Translations under genes and position numbers: made by a program | The notes under the pieces: model-generated | Database searches by the model: none | What the model saw: only the letters and a program-made list of their open reading frames with translations | What the model was told of the DNA's origin: nothing | Assembly (NCBI RefSeq): GCF_004010195.1 | Contig: NC_057718.1 | Span: forward strand, 48,406,278-48,470,277 | Direction of reading: 5' to 3' | Length of the DNA: 64,000 bases | DNA from: Chiloscyllium plagiosum | Taxonomy: Eukaryota | In this document: positions 1 through 12,826 of the stretch, one piece after another | How the letters are laid out: the number at the start of each line of letters is the position of its first letter | How positions within the stretch are numbered: position 1 is the stretch's first letter

Positions 1-201
1 TTTACCTAGAGAGTGGTGGGGGCATGGAATGCGCTGCCTGTGGGAGTGGCAGAGTCAGAATCATTGGTGACCTTTCAGCGGCAATTGGATAGGTACATGG
101 ATAGGTGCTTAAGCTAAGACAAATGTTCGGCACAACATCGTGGGCCGAAGGGCGTGTTCTGTGCTGTATTGTTCTATGTTCTATGTTCTATGTTCTATGT
201 T
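1..201 (+). mobile_element. CR1 LINE 3' end with (GTTCTAT)n tail
   Basis: ORF2 end (RVVGAWNALP), 3' UTR gggccgaagggc..tgttctgtgctgta and a tandem 7-mer tail at 171-201. Confidence 0.85.
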
Positions 202-304
202 GCCAGACCTGCTGATTTTTCCCTAGCGGTTTCTGTTGTTATCTCTGAAATATCATGATTGTGAGAATATATTTTCGAGATTGATGGTAAAGTAGTGCAT
301 TAAA

Positions 305-665
305 ACAAATGCTGAACTCCGCAGGGTAAGCAAGTACTAGGAGGGCAGAGGAAACATTACTAGAACACCCTGAAAGCCTCCTTAAACAAATGCAAAATCC
401 CCACTGATATGTGGGAATCGCTTGCCCTAAATACACAAATTGGAGAAGCATCCTCAAAAGCACAAACGCTTTTAGTGTCAGAATGGAAAGAGCTTAAGAA
501 TCCAAAGCAATTCCACTCAACAATCATCTCCAACACCCCTTGATCCATCTCTCACAGAATCTATAGCTCTAGAATTGGACTATTCAACGACTGCACTACA
601 ACCTCCCATCTCTGGAGAAGCTGCAAATCATCCTCATCCCTGAGTGACTACCAAAGAAGAAGAAG
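305..665 (+). mobile_element. RTE-clade LINE 3' fragment
   Basis: Decayed GK..LGGQRK.Y...LKASL.KC.I....WE.LA coding remnant and an (AAG)n tail. Confidence 0.6.
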
Positions 666-2762
666 CCATAGCTTTGTTTGAGGTGTTTTACTCCAGCATG
701 AAATGTTCAAAGCAGGAAATATGTTTGATCAGTTTTTGGAGAGAATAATACACGTTGATTCACTGATGCAGCAGTGTGTGTAACCTACGGAAGAAGAGGG
801 ATATCTTCTTTGCATGTTGGGATTATAAACAGGGTTGGCTGGGATAACAGTAGAAGCTCACTGCTGCAACATGACCAATACTTGATCAGTCTTTGCATGG
901 CTCGACAGTGCAGGCCGTAACTCAATTACCTAAAGAGATCAGACAAGGGAAATGATCAGGGATATTTTTCAGAATGGGCTACAATAAGTCTGTCACTTAC
1001 AATGATCTATTTTTGTAAAAATGATTCAATAGCTTATCTGAAAGAACCATGACAAGGCAAATGAACTTTACCTCATCCTTTTGGGCATTTGGTCTGTCAA
1101 GTGTAATCATTTGGTGCATAATGTCCTGCATGCCATGTAAAGCAGGAACTGAAGATATCGTCACCAGTTTGAAGTGATTAAAATCAGTGATGTTTACGAA
1201 GCTAGATTAGATGAGCACTGACATCGCAATAGTTGTAAGATTGGGGAAATTATACAGATCATCAGGATTGAGGCCATGGAAGGATTAGAGATGAGGGTAG
1301 AATTTTAAAATGGAGGCATTGCTCAGTTGAAGCCAAAATAAGCCTGTAAGCCCAGGGATGAGAGTGAATATGACTTAGTTTGAGTAAGAATCTAGGCTGC
1401 AGGGCTTTTCAACACCTCAAGGTTATGGAGGGTGGAACATGGAAGGCTTGTGTGACTACATTTGAATAACAAAGTCAAGAGGAAATAATAACTTAAACAA
1501 AAGTTTTAGTAACAGATGAGTTGAAGCAGGAGTAGAATCAAATAATGTTAACAGATATGGAAACAGCTGGTTTTATTGATGGCAGGCAAAATAATTACAG
1601 GTTCATCTTGGGATCAATTATATCACAAGATGAGAAATAACCTGGCTCAACCTCAGATAGTTACGAGGAATAGTTTCAACCTCCGCTGTCCCCAGTCTAG
1701 CAATGCACAGTACATTTGATTCTACTTACCTTTTACGTGCCTCAGTCACTACATCACTACCAGGTGCGAGCTCAGATATGCCAATCAGGAAAATTAAAGA
1801 ATGAGGCAGAGGAAATATCAATAGGCCCTAAATGAAAATTAATAATTTTGAATGAGACATCAGGAAGAAAATGTAGCTAGGTGCAAGGTCAATCTGAATA
1901 ACTTGATGATCCGGATGGAACAAGTCCTCTTTAAAAAGAACAATGTTTGTTGAACATCAGGGATTGTACAAACGAAGATGTCTTTGTCAGCCTGTTGAAG
2001 ATTGTAATAGTAATTTATTTGAAGAAGGCATGAGATTGGAAGACAATCTTAAAAAGGTACTGCATGTGGGAAGTTCAACTCATGATTCCTGCCACTGAAT
2101 TTCCAAGGACAAAGATAAAGACTCGTTGACAAAGTATCTTCTTCAAAGCTTTTGAACTTTGATATCAAGGAGGAACAGTACTTGTGGGAATCTTGCTCCT
2201 GCAGGATTCTATAGTCTGGCTTTTCTTATAAGATAAAGTCTTATTGCATGCAGTACATAAAAATGACCATGAGACGTTAGTTGGATCACAAATAAATTCA
2301 GGCACATAAACCATTCCTTCAACTTGAAATGGTAGATTGGTTATTTTTCTGGTGCTTAACCCTAAGGGACTGTGCAGATGTTATTAGCCATGAATGCAGA
2401 AGGTCAGATCTAATCTGAACCACCTTTCCAAACCAAATATTTTTGATTTCAGAGAAAGCCTTTACGCTCTTGCAATCAGGGAAATCAGCATTCATTTTAA
2501 TAGTATGGTGAACAGTCCAAAGAATTTAATTATGTAGTGCCTTTCATGGCCACTGGGTGTCCCAAAGTGTTTTCCAATTAACTAAGAACTTTATTGATAA
2601 GTAGTCACTATTATAATGTAACAAATACAACCAGCAACAGCCAATCCACACAATGTAAGCTCCCACAAAGAACAATGTGAAAATGACCCGATAATTATTT
2701 GTCTGATATTAATTGAAGGATGAACATTAGCCAAGGCATCAAGGATAACTACCTTATTCTAC

Positions 2763-2953
2763 ATTTGGAGATTCTGGTGTTGGATTGGGGAGTACAAAGT
2801 TAAAAATCACACAACACCAGGTTATAGTCCAACAGGTTTAATTGGAAGCACAATGATCACCTGATGAAGGAGCGACGCTCTGAAAGCTAGTGTGCTTCCA
2901 ATTAAACCTGTTGGACTGTGACCTGGTGTTGTGTGATTTTTAACTTTGTACCC
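2763..2953. mobile_element. Palindromic Penelope-derived non-autonomous element (family A)
   Basis: About 60-bp inverted arms (gtacaaagttaaaaatcacacaacaccagg...tggaagcaca and its complement) surround a hammerhead core. A related copy is at 29168-29330. Confidence 0.8.
2858..2892 (+). ncRNA. Minimal type-I hammerhead ribozyme motif (family A)
   Basis: CAC-CUGAUGA-A-GGAGC(GAC)GCUCU-GAAA-GCU-A^-GUG: stem I CAC/GUG, stem II, palindromic AGCU stem III, CUA cleavage triplet. Confidence 0.75.
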
Positions 2954-3041
2954 TATTCTTAGGGTCTTTCTTATTTCTATTCTTAGAGTCATAGAATCCA
3001 ACAGCATGGAGACAGGTCCTTTGGCCCAAACTGGTCCATTC

Positions 3042-4057
3042 TGTTGTGGTGAAAAACACCAGTCTGGGAGTCAGAAATGGAGTTCAATGACAGAGTCTAT
3101 TGCACAAGGAAATACCAGAGCTCTGGGGAGAGAAAGACACCAACAGCACAGTGGTCCGCTGTGAGTCTTCTCTCGAACTGGAGCACATGTCAAGAAACTT
3201 TTATACACCTTGTGATACAATAGGTCAGTGATGAGATTACTGTCTTTGTAACATGGTTTGTTTATGGTAATCATTGCTAAATCGTTGATAGCTTTGATAC
3301 AGTCTTTGTCAATTCCAGTGCAGCCTTTGTTAATTTCATAGTCAGTTTCAGTATAGACATTGTTAGTATTAATGTCTGCACGAAAATCTATTGCAGTAGT
3401 AATGGGCGCTAATCGCTCTTCCTGAGAAGGACGATTACTGCAGCCCTGGCTATTAGCATTCTGTATTAAGCTGTTAGCATTTCTATAGGCAGTGTGGGCT
3501 GGACCCAGACATTTCGGCGGGCAGTGTTCGTTACTCATGTGTATTCTCTCCCCCACCTACCTTAAATTAAGCAACTGGGTTGTGAGTGCATTGTGCTGGC
3601 ATTCTGGTGGCCACAGGCAGTGTCTGTATTTGCTCTGCTGTTTCTCTCCATATTAGAATAGATTACTTACAGTGTGGAAACAGGCCCTTCGGCCCAACAA
3701 GTCCACACCGACCCGCCGAAGCGCAACCCACCCAGATCCATTCCCCTACATTTACCCCTTCACCTAACACTATGGGTGATTTAGCATGGCCAATTCACCT
3801 GACCTGCACATCATTTGGATTGTGGGAGGAAACCGGAGCACCTGGAGGAAACCCACACAGACACAGGGAGAATGTGCAAACTCCACACAGAGAGTCGTCT
3901 GAGGTGGGAATTGAACCCGGGTCTCTGGCGCTGTGAGACAGCAGTGTAATTCAGCGGTCATCTTGTGTGTCAAGTTGGCCAACTGATGGCTCAGCGGCCA
4001 TCTTGTGTGTCCATGTGCCTAATGTCACCCTAATGTCCCAGGCCATCTCCCTCTTCA
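3042..4057 (-). mobile_element. Solo LTR containing a nested V-SINE
   Basis: TG...CA termini and a 4-bp TSD ATTC/ATGC splitting the CR1 3' UTR (ggtcc-atgc-tgacc). TATAAAA on the minus strand at about 3200. Confidence 0.7.
3651..3946 (-). mobile_element. HE1-like V-SINE (5' truncated)
   Basis: V-domain core (reverse complement of tgtgtggagtttgcacattctccc) plus a CR1-derived tail. Confidence 0.85.
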
Positions 4058-5404
4058 ATGCTGACCAAAATGTCCATGCACACTAACCCCATTTGCCTGC
4101 ACTTGGCCTATAGCCTTCTAAACCTTTCCTATCCATGCATTACTCCAAATGCCTTTTAAATATGATTAATGTTCTCACCTCAACCAGTACCGCTGGCAGC
4201 TCATTCCAAATGCATACCACCCTCTGTGTAAAGAAAATGCCCCTCAAGTTCCCATTTATTCTTTCCCCTCTTATCTTAAACTGATGCCTTCTCCAAGCCT
4301 GAGAAAAAGACTGAGCACATTCACCTTATCCATGCCTCTCATGATCTTTTACACTTCTATAAGATGACCCCTCAGTCTTCTAAGCTCTAAAGAAAAAAGT
4401 CCTGGCTTGTCCAAACCCACCCCCCTATAAGTCAGATTCTTGAGTCCTGGCAACATCCTTGTAAATTTCTTCTGCACTCTTTCCAGTTTAATAACATCCT
4501 TCCAACAACAAGGTGACCGAAACTGAACACAATACAGGGATGACCTTACACAGGTTTATAACATCGTAAGGGGCATAGATAGGATAAATAGACAAAGTCT
4601 CTTCCCTGGGGTGGAGGAGTCCAGAACTAGAGGGCATACGTTTAAGGTGAGATGGGAAAGATATAAAAGAGAACTAAGGGTGGTACGTGTATGGAATGAG
4701 CTGCCAGAGGAAGTGGTGGAGACTGGTACAATTGCAACATTTAAGAGGCATTTGAATGGGTATATGAATAGGAAGGGTTTGGAGAGATATGGGCCAGGTG
4801 CTGGCAGGTGGGACTAGATTGGGTTGGGATATCTGTTCGGCATGGACAAGTTGGACTGAAGGGTCTGTTTCCGTGCTGTACATCTCTGTGACTCTATGAC
4901 TCTAAGTGCGGCCTCACCAGCGTCCTGTACAACTGCAATCTAATTTCTCAAATTCCAAACTCAATGCCCTGACTGATGAAGGCCTGTGTGCTGAAAGCCT
5001 CCTTCACTGCCCAGTCCACCCATGACTCCACTTTCAGAGAACCATGCATCTGAATTCCAAGGTCCATCTGTTCCGTTACACTCCTTAAAGCCTTAACATT
5101 CACAATGAAACTCCCACCTTGATTTGACTTTCCAAATTGCAACACCTCACATGTATCTATTTCAAACTCCATTTGCCATTTCTCAGCCCACTTCACCAGC
5201 TGAAGAAGTTTGTGCTGCAATTTCTAATTTCTTCACCATCTTTAAAACCGCATATTTTAGTGTCATATGTAAATTTATTAATCATGTCTTGTACATTCTC
5301 ATCCAAATCATTGGTATGAATGATAAATGGCAAATGGCCCAGAAACGACATGGAGGCACAGTACAAGTCACAGGCCGCCAATCTGACAAGCATTCTTCCA
5401 CTGT

Positions 5405-5638
5405 TAGAGTGCAGAGTGTGGTGCTGGAAAAGCACAGCAGGTCAGGCAGCATCTGAGGAGCAGGAAAACCGACATTATGGGCAAAAGCTCTTCATCAGGA
5501 ATGGCTTTTGCTGTGATGAAGGGCTTTTGCCTGAAACATCGATTTTCCTGCTCCTCGAATGCTGCCTGACCTGCTGCGCTTTTCCAGCACCACACTCTTG
5601 ACTCTAATCTCCAGCGTCTGCAGTCCTCACTTTTGCCT
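5405..5638. mobile_element. Palindromic Penelope-derived element (family B) with two decayed hammerheads
   Basis: Inverted arms gtggtgctggaaaagcacagcaggtcaggcagcat.../...tgctgcctgacctgctg..ttttccagcaccac. Confidence 0.8.
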
Positions 5639-5967
5639 ATCCTTCCATCATTACCCTCTGTTTTCTACCATCAAGCCAATTGTGTTCCCAATTTGCCAGG
5701 TCTCCCTGGATTCCAAAATAGTTCAACAGGATCTTTGACATGCACCTGACAGGACCTCAGTTCAATTTTTCACCTGAAAAATGGCACCTCTAACAGTCAG
5801 CCTTGATTTTTGTGCCCAAATGATGGACTGTAACATGAACACTTAGCTTTCTCAATCAGACATTAGATCACTATCAACTGAATCATGACTGAGATTGAAA
5901 GAACAACATTGAGCACAACATCATGTATGGCCATGTGGATTCAATCTGTAATTTGTTAGAATCTGTG

Positions 5968-6200
5968 GGAAAAACAATGACTGCAGATGCTGGAAACCAG
6001 ATTCTGGATTAGTGGTGCTGGAAAAGCACAGCAGTTCAGGCAGCATCCGAGGAGCCGTAAAATCAACGTTTCAGGCAAAAGCCCTTCATCAGGTATACAG
6101 CTCTATTCCTGATGAAGGGCTTTTGCCTGAAACGTCGATTTTCCTGCTTCTTGGATGCTGCCTGAACTGCTGTGCTTTTCCAGCACCACTCTACTCCAGA
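5968..6200. mobile_element. Palindromic Penelope-derived element (family B) with a hammerhead core on each strand
   Basis: About 85-bp inverted arms (6011-6093 vs 6108-6191). Cores at 6063-6093 (-) and 6107-6138 (+). Confidence 0.85.
6107..6138 (+). ncRNA. Minimal hammerhead ribozyme motif (family B)
   Basis: UC-CUGAUGA-A-GGGC(UUUU)GCCU-GAAA-CGU-C^-GA: palindromic ACGU stem III and GUC triplet. Confidence 0.7.
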
Positions 6201-8639
6201 GTAGAATTTATGGGAACATTGGCACACTGGTAAACTACAGTGCACTGTGATGTTGTCATTCGTAGTCCACAACGTGCTTAATGCATTTGTGCCTTGTTGA
6301 TTTTTAATCTCACCCGTGTTCCTGGTCTGAAATAGATTAGAAGAACATCAGTGAGCTTATCAGTTGCTGACAGTGCTGCCCCTGTGGCCTCAACAGTTGT
6401 AGGTCCAGATGCAATATGTGATATATAAGCAAATAATAAATTCCTTGTAAATTGAAGCCTCTTTAGGAACTGCTTCTCTAACAGAGAAGTACAAGTAATG
6501 CTAACTATCTATTTGGGTATGGGGGTGCTGTTTTATGAATGCTGTGGTCACTCTGCTACGTCACCATTTTTCATTCTTTTTCCAAATAAAAGGATACCCA
6601 ATGGAAAACCCATTCTGTCCTCTTTAAAATGGTAGTGGAAAAATGGCACATAGCCAGTTACTGAAACAGCTGGCAACCACAAAAAAACATCCAAAACAAT
6701 CTTTAAAATATTGCTATAAATGTTGGGGCTGGGCTGTTCATATTCTCTTCTGTTTACTTCAGATATCTAGCAACATTGTAAATTTTATGCACGCAAAAAA
6801 TAAACCAACGAATCATGGCAAATGAAGTGCATGACACCATATTATATGTCTTGATTGCAACAGTTCAATAAATTTTAAAAGTTGCTGTTTCCTTTAGTTA
6901 AAAGAGATGGGCACAAACCTGTGTTAATCTTTGGCCAAGTTTTAGATGTGACTAATTTATTTCCCAAAATCCAGCAAATCTAACTGGAAAATCCAACCTC
7001 AAAGTTCACTTTTGAATGATTTGTGTTATGAAATATCCTCTGTTCTCTTTAAATCAAGGATTGTTTGTTAAACTCAATGCTTGTTTGCTGGTCTGCCAAT
7101 TATTAAATAACTTCCAACTGTGGAATACTCAGCAGGAAGTCTGTGTCAGAAATAACGGCCACTTTAGAGAGTTGGCTAAGTGCCCACCCTCACAAAAGCC
7201 AAAGCAGAATCTGAAAACTTCAAAACCATTATATTTTTGAACTATTACTCAAGTAAACATCCAGATTTCTACTTTGAAAATATTTTCAACATCCTTCAAG
7301 GGATAATGGAAATTCTAAAGATCACACAATTTAAGTGACTACTAAAAGCTGGCCCAAGCAAAGATTTTGAAATTGCAAACTTGTAAATCAGAAATTCCTC
7401 ATGTACAGTCTCCATTTTTCAAGCGATCTGCAATATTGCAGTCACGGTGTTGTCAAAATTTATTAAGCAGAAGCAATTTTTATTTGTAAACAAGTGAATA
7501 AATGTTACCCTGTCCCCATTTATTTGTGCTCCAGATACGCTACATGGTCAATAGTCCAGACTACTCCTGGTAGAGTTGCTGGGAATTAAAAACTACTGGC
7601 CCTGTACTTAGCAGCTCTTTTGGTTGGGATATCCCAACTCAGAGGGATGGAAGCTACTACATCAGTGAGCTGCCTTCTCCAGGGCAACTCAGGATTGGTG
7701 CTAAATGCTCGCTGAGCCACCAGTGCCCATGCCCCATGAATGAATAAAACAAATGTCAAAATAAGTTATAGCTTTGATGGCTTGTGGAGGCAGCTTACAT
7801 TCAATTTATGGCCAGAAGGTGGGGGCACCATTTCCCAGACAAGATTTCAATTTGTTTACAGCTATTTTAAATTTAAGTAGGTTAATTGACATGCTCTCCC
7901 AAAGTTATACGCCTCTATACTGGATATATGTTGAAAACCTGTTATCAACTTATAGAGTAGAATAATGCATGTTTTTTAAAATTATATGTGAGACATGGAT
8001 GTCACATTTATTGCCTGTCCCTAGTTGCCCTTGAGAAGGTGTTGGTGAGATGCCTTCTTAACTGCGCAGTTCATATGCTGAAGATACACCCACAATACCA
8101 TTAGGGATGGAATTCAAGGATTTTGACCCTCTGACAGTGAAGGTGACATATTTCCATGACAGTCTTTGCCAAAAATGTAACTAATGTATTCTATTAAATA
8201 TAATTCAATGATCACTATAACTTTACAGGATTTTGATCACATTTCTTGGAAACATCCTTCGTACACAGTGAGTTACTTCAATGAGCTCTCACTATTGTGA
8301 TATAAGTGAAGGTGACAGCCTTGCACAGTTGTGTTCCATAAACAATAAAACAATTGACTGATTAATCTCTTCTGTTAACATTTTAGGACAGCACTTGACA
8401 ATACAATACTTCCTCAATTATGTACAGGAGTGCAAGCACAAAATATGCAAATAATGCAAATAATAATCCTCAGATACTGAAGCAGTCCATGTTCAAGTAG
8501 CAACAAGATCTGGACAATATTCAGGTTTGGACTGACAAGTGTCAAGTAGTATTCATGCCACACAAATGCCAGGCAATGACCATCACCAATAAGAGACAAA
8601 CTAATCACCAGCCCTTGACATTCAATGGTGTTACCATCC

Positions 8640-11600
8640 GGTTTAAAGTAATCTGGCAGAAGGGTGAGACCCTAAGTAGTAGTGAAACAAAAGAGAAGGT
8701 TGGGGCTGGTACAGAAGTTAAAGAGAGCAAGTTAAATAGATAATGCAAGCAAAAGTACAGTAAAGAATGAGAGAAGACTGATGAACTGTATTTATATCAG
8801 TGCAAGAGGCCTGACAAGTAAAGCAGATGAAGTCAGGGCATGATTGGGAACATGGGACTGGGATCTCATACATATTACAGAAACATGGCTGAGGGATGGA
8901 CCGGTCTGGCAGCTCAATGTTCTGGGTTATAGATGCTATAAGAGGGATAGAAGGGGAGGCAAGGCAGAAGAAGGACTGGCATTTTTGATTAGGGAAAATA
9001 TTGTAACAGTACTTAGAGAGGATATTACTGCGGGATCATCCAGTGAAGCTATATGGGTGAAACTGAGATATAAGGAGTGATGATCATTTTAATGGTATTG
9101 TACTATAGACTCCCCAGTAGTCAGCAGGAAATTGAGGAGCAATTATATAGGGAGATCACAGATAGCTGTAAGAATAATCGGGTTGTAGTAGTAGGGGATT
9201 TTAACTTTCCAAACATAGACTGGGTCTGCCATAGTGTTGAGGGCTTGGATGGGGAGGAATTTGTTAAGTGTGTTCAAGAAAACTTTCTCAATCAATATGT
9301 AGATGAGTCCACTTGAAAAACTCAAACTCCTCTTGGGAAATAAGGCAGGGCAAATGAGTGAGGTGTCTGGTGCAGCACTTTGAGAACAGTGACCATAATT
9401 CTATTAGTTTTAAAATAGTTATAGACCTGATCCACAAGTTAGAGTCCTAAATTGGGGCAAGGCCAATTTTGATGGTATTAGACTGGAACTTTCAAAAGTT
9501 GTTTGTGGGAAGCTATTCGTAGGTGGGATGAGTGGCAAATGTGAGACTTTCAAAAGCAAGATAATGAGAGTTCAGGGACAGTGTGTTAGTCTTAGTGTGA
9601 AGGACAAGGCTGGAGTAGGGAAGACTGAATAATGAGAGACATTGAGGCTCTGATCAAGATAAAGAAGAAGGTGTATGTCAGGAGTAGACAGGTGTGATCA
9701 AGTGAATGCTTTGACGAGTTTAGGGGGTGTAAGAGTACACTTAAGACAGAAATTAGGAGGGCAAAAAGGTGGCATGAGATAACTTTTGGGCGGCACGGTG
9801 GCACAGTGGTTAGCACTGCTGCCTCACAGCGCCAGAGACCCGGGTTCAATTCCCGCCTCAGGCGACTGACTGTGTGGAGTTTGCACGTTCTCCCCGTGTG
9901 TGCGTGGGTTTCCTCCGGGTGCTCCGGTTTCCTCCCACAGTCCAAAGATGTGCAGGTCAGGTGAATTGGCCATGCTAAATTGTCCATAGTGTTAGGTAAG
10001 GGGTAAATGTAGGGGTATGGGTGGGTTACGCTTCGGCGGGGCGGTGTGGACTTGTTGGGCCGAAGGGCCTGTTTCCATACTGTAAGTAATCTAATCTAAA
10101 AAAAACTTTGGCAAAGAAAGTTAAGGAGAATCCAAAGAGATTCTACAAGTATATTAAGGACAAAAGAGTCACTAGGGAGAGAATAGGGCCCCTTAAAAAT
10201 CAATGAGGCCATCTGTGAAACCACAGGATGAGATCCTAAATGAATATTTCATGTCAGTACTGTGGAGAAAGACACGGAAGCTAGGGAACTTGGCTAAGTA
10301 AATAGTGACGTCTTGAAAAGGTCCTTGTTACAGAAGAGGAGGTGTTGGAGGTCTTAAAATGCATAAAGGTAGATAAATCCCTGGGACCAGATTAAGTGTA
10401 TCTAGATATTGTGGGAAGCCAGGGAATAAGATGCAGGGCACCTAGCAGAGATATTTGTCTCATCGACACCCATGGGTGAGATGTCAGAAGACTGGAGGGT
10501 GCTAATGTTGTGCCATTACTTAATAAAGGCTGTAAGGAAACACAAGGGAGCTACAGATGGATGAGCCTGCCCTCAGAAGTGGGTCAGTTGTTGGGGAGGA
10601 TTCTGAGAGACAGGATTTCCATGTATTTGGAAAGGCAAGGACTGATTAGGGATAGTCAGCATGGCTTTGTGCATGGGAAATCATGTTTCATTAGCTTGAT
10701 TGAGTTTTTTGAAGAGGTGACCAAAAGGTAGAAGAAGGCAGAATGGCAAAAGTTGTTTCCATGGCCTTTGACAAGGTTCTGCATGGTAGACTGGTTAGTA
10801 AGGTTAGAGCATATGGAATCTAGGGAGAGATAGTCAATTGGATATAAATTTGACTTGATGGGAGGAGACAGAGAATGGTGGTAAGGATTGTTTTTCTGTC
10901 TGGAGGCCTGTGACCAGTGGTGTGCCACAAGGATTGGTGCTGGGTCCCCCTTTTGTTCGTCTTTATGTAAATGATGTGGACGAGAATTTAGGAGACATGG
11001 TTAGTAAGTTTGCGGATGACACCAAAATTGGTAGTATAGTGGACAGTGAAGAAGGTTATCTAAGAGTTCAATGAGATCTTGATCAGCTAGGCCAGTAGGC
11101 TGAGGAACTGCAGATGGGGTTTAATTAAGATAAATGCAAAGTGTTGCAATTTGGTAAGACAAACCAGGGCAGGACTTACCCAGTTAATGGTAGGGCCCTT
11201 GGGAGTGAGCCCTTGCCTTCTTTGGTTAGAGCACTGAGTACAGGAGTTGGGACATCATGTTATGGCAGTACAATGCATTGGTAAGGCTACATTTGGAGTA
11301 CTGCATACAATCCTGGCCACCCTGCTATAGGAAGGATGTTATTAAACTGGAAAGGGAGCAAAAGTGATTTACAAAAGTTTTACCAAGTCATAAGAAGAGG
11401 CCAGATAGGCTGAGACTTTCTTCAATGGGATGTAGGACGATGAGGGGTGACCTTTTAAAGGTTTATCAAATCATGAGGGGTATAGATAAGGTGAAGAGAA
11501 AAGGTCTTTCCTCTAGGGTAGGGGACTCCAAAACTAGAAGGCATAGGATGAAGGTGAGAGAGGAAAGATTTAAAAGGAACCCGAAGGGCATCTTTTCACA

Positions 11601-11826
11601 CTGAGGATAGTGCGTGTATGAAATGAGCTGCCAGAGGAAGTTGTACAGGCGAGTACAATTACAACATTAAAAAAAAAACATTTGGACAGGTACATTGATA
11701 GGAAAAGTTTAGAGGGACATGGACCAAAGACAGAAAATGAGACTAGTTCAATTTTCTGGTTAGCATGGATAAGTTGAGCCATATGGTCTGTTTCCGTGCT
11801 AGATGTCTCTATGACACTATGACAAT
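8640..11826 (+). mobile_element. CR1 LINE, near-complete decayed ORF2 (APE endonuclease + RT)
   Basis: ITETWL, VVVGDFNFPNIDW, SQHGFVHGKSC, KFADDTKIG motifs and a 3' tail. It is inserted in an older L2/CR1-type element (about 8470-8640 and 11826-12390). Confidence 0.9.
9788..10103 (+). mobile_element. Full-length young HE1-like V-SINE
   Basis: tRNA-like head (A box tggcacagtgg, B box ggttcaattcc), V core, CR1 tail (taatc)n-A. TSD AACTTT at 9781-9786 and 10104-10109. Confidence 0.92.
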
Positions 11827-12700
11827 GAAGCCCCTACTATCAACATCCTGGGAGTTATCATTAACCAGAAACTCAACTGGATTTGCAACATAAGCACAGT
11901 AGCTACAAACACAAGTCAGAGGCTAGCAATATTATGGTGAGTAACTCACCTCCTGACACCCCAAAGCCTGTCCTTTATCTACAAGGCATAAATGAGGAGT
12001 GTGATGGAATTCTCTCCACTTGCTTGCATGGATGCTATGCCCAAAAAGCTTGACATCATCCAGCGAAAAGTAGCCCACTTGATTAGCAACACGCCTAAAA
12101 GCATCCACTTCTTCCACCACTGATATTCAATAGCAAACTGTGTGTACTATCTACAAGATGCATTGCAGACATTCACCGAAGATTCTCAGACAGCTCCTTT
12201 CAAACTGATGACCACTTCAATCTAAAAGGACAAGGACAGCAGATACATGGGAACAACACCACCTGCAAGTAGCCCTCCAGGCTACTCATCATCCTGATTT
12301 GGAAATATATCGCCATTTCTCCACTTTTGCTTTGTCAAGATCCTGGTATTCCCTCTCTGAGGGCATTGTGAGTCAACCCACAGCAAGTGGATGACCAAAT
12401 TCCACAACTGAATATAAAAGAAATCAAATATACAGCTGCTATTATCATTTATTTTTGACACTTTTATTTATGGAAATACATGCAATAAGGATTAAATATT
12501 GAAATGTAGATAACAAATAATGTGACCTGTTTGTACCTATGTTAATCATGCAATTAATGATTGATTCTGGAGCGATGTCACCTTTGTACCATTTAATAAC
12601 TCAATTAAATATTACTGGTCAGAAAAACCCTGCTAGAATTTTGAATTTAATCAGTCAGGTTTTTGGTCGGCAGTAATATATTGATGAGGCTTCAGATTTG

Positions 12701-12826
12701 CAAAGGATCCTTCCACATCCAGCAGAGATTTCCCTGCAGCCCCAAAGGATCCTTCCACATCCAGCAGAGATTTTCTTGCATGCCCAAAGCATCCTTCCAT
12801 ATCTGGCAGAGATTTTCCTGTACCTC
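12701..12826 (+). repeat. 42-bp tandem repeat x3 at the 5' end of a Penelope fragment
   Basis: Units of caaaggatccttccacatccagcagagattt.. start at 12701, 12743 and 12785. Confidence 0.85.

Larger units (their letters stand above)
2985..5720 (-). mobile_element. CR1 LINE (minus), interrupted by a solo LTR, a plus-strand CR1 3' end (4538-4903) and a Penelope element
   Basis: Minus ORF2 remnants (WAEKWQMEF..CEVLQFG). The 3' UTR is split at 3041/4058. Confidence 0.8.

Noticed and set aside
3071..3556. 161-aa minus ORF as a host gene
   Set aside because: It lies inside a TSD-flanked solo LTR, has a non-ATG start and no recognisable motif.
660..8400. Exons of an upstream neighbouring gene
   Set aside because: No convincing coding exon was found by eye. 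Small or non-coding exons could have been missed.
9788..9860. tRNA gene
   Set aside because: A/B boxes belong to a SINE head followed by the V core and CR1 tail. The heads at about 21307, 30170-30240 and 63655-63730 are similar SINE-type remnants.
12701..12826. CRISPR-like array
   Set aside because: Contiguous tandem units without unique spacers, in a eukaryotic Penelope context.
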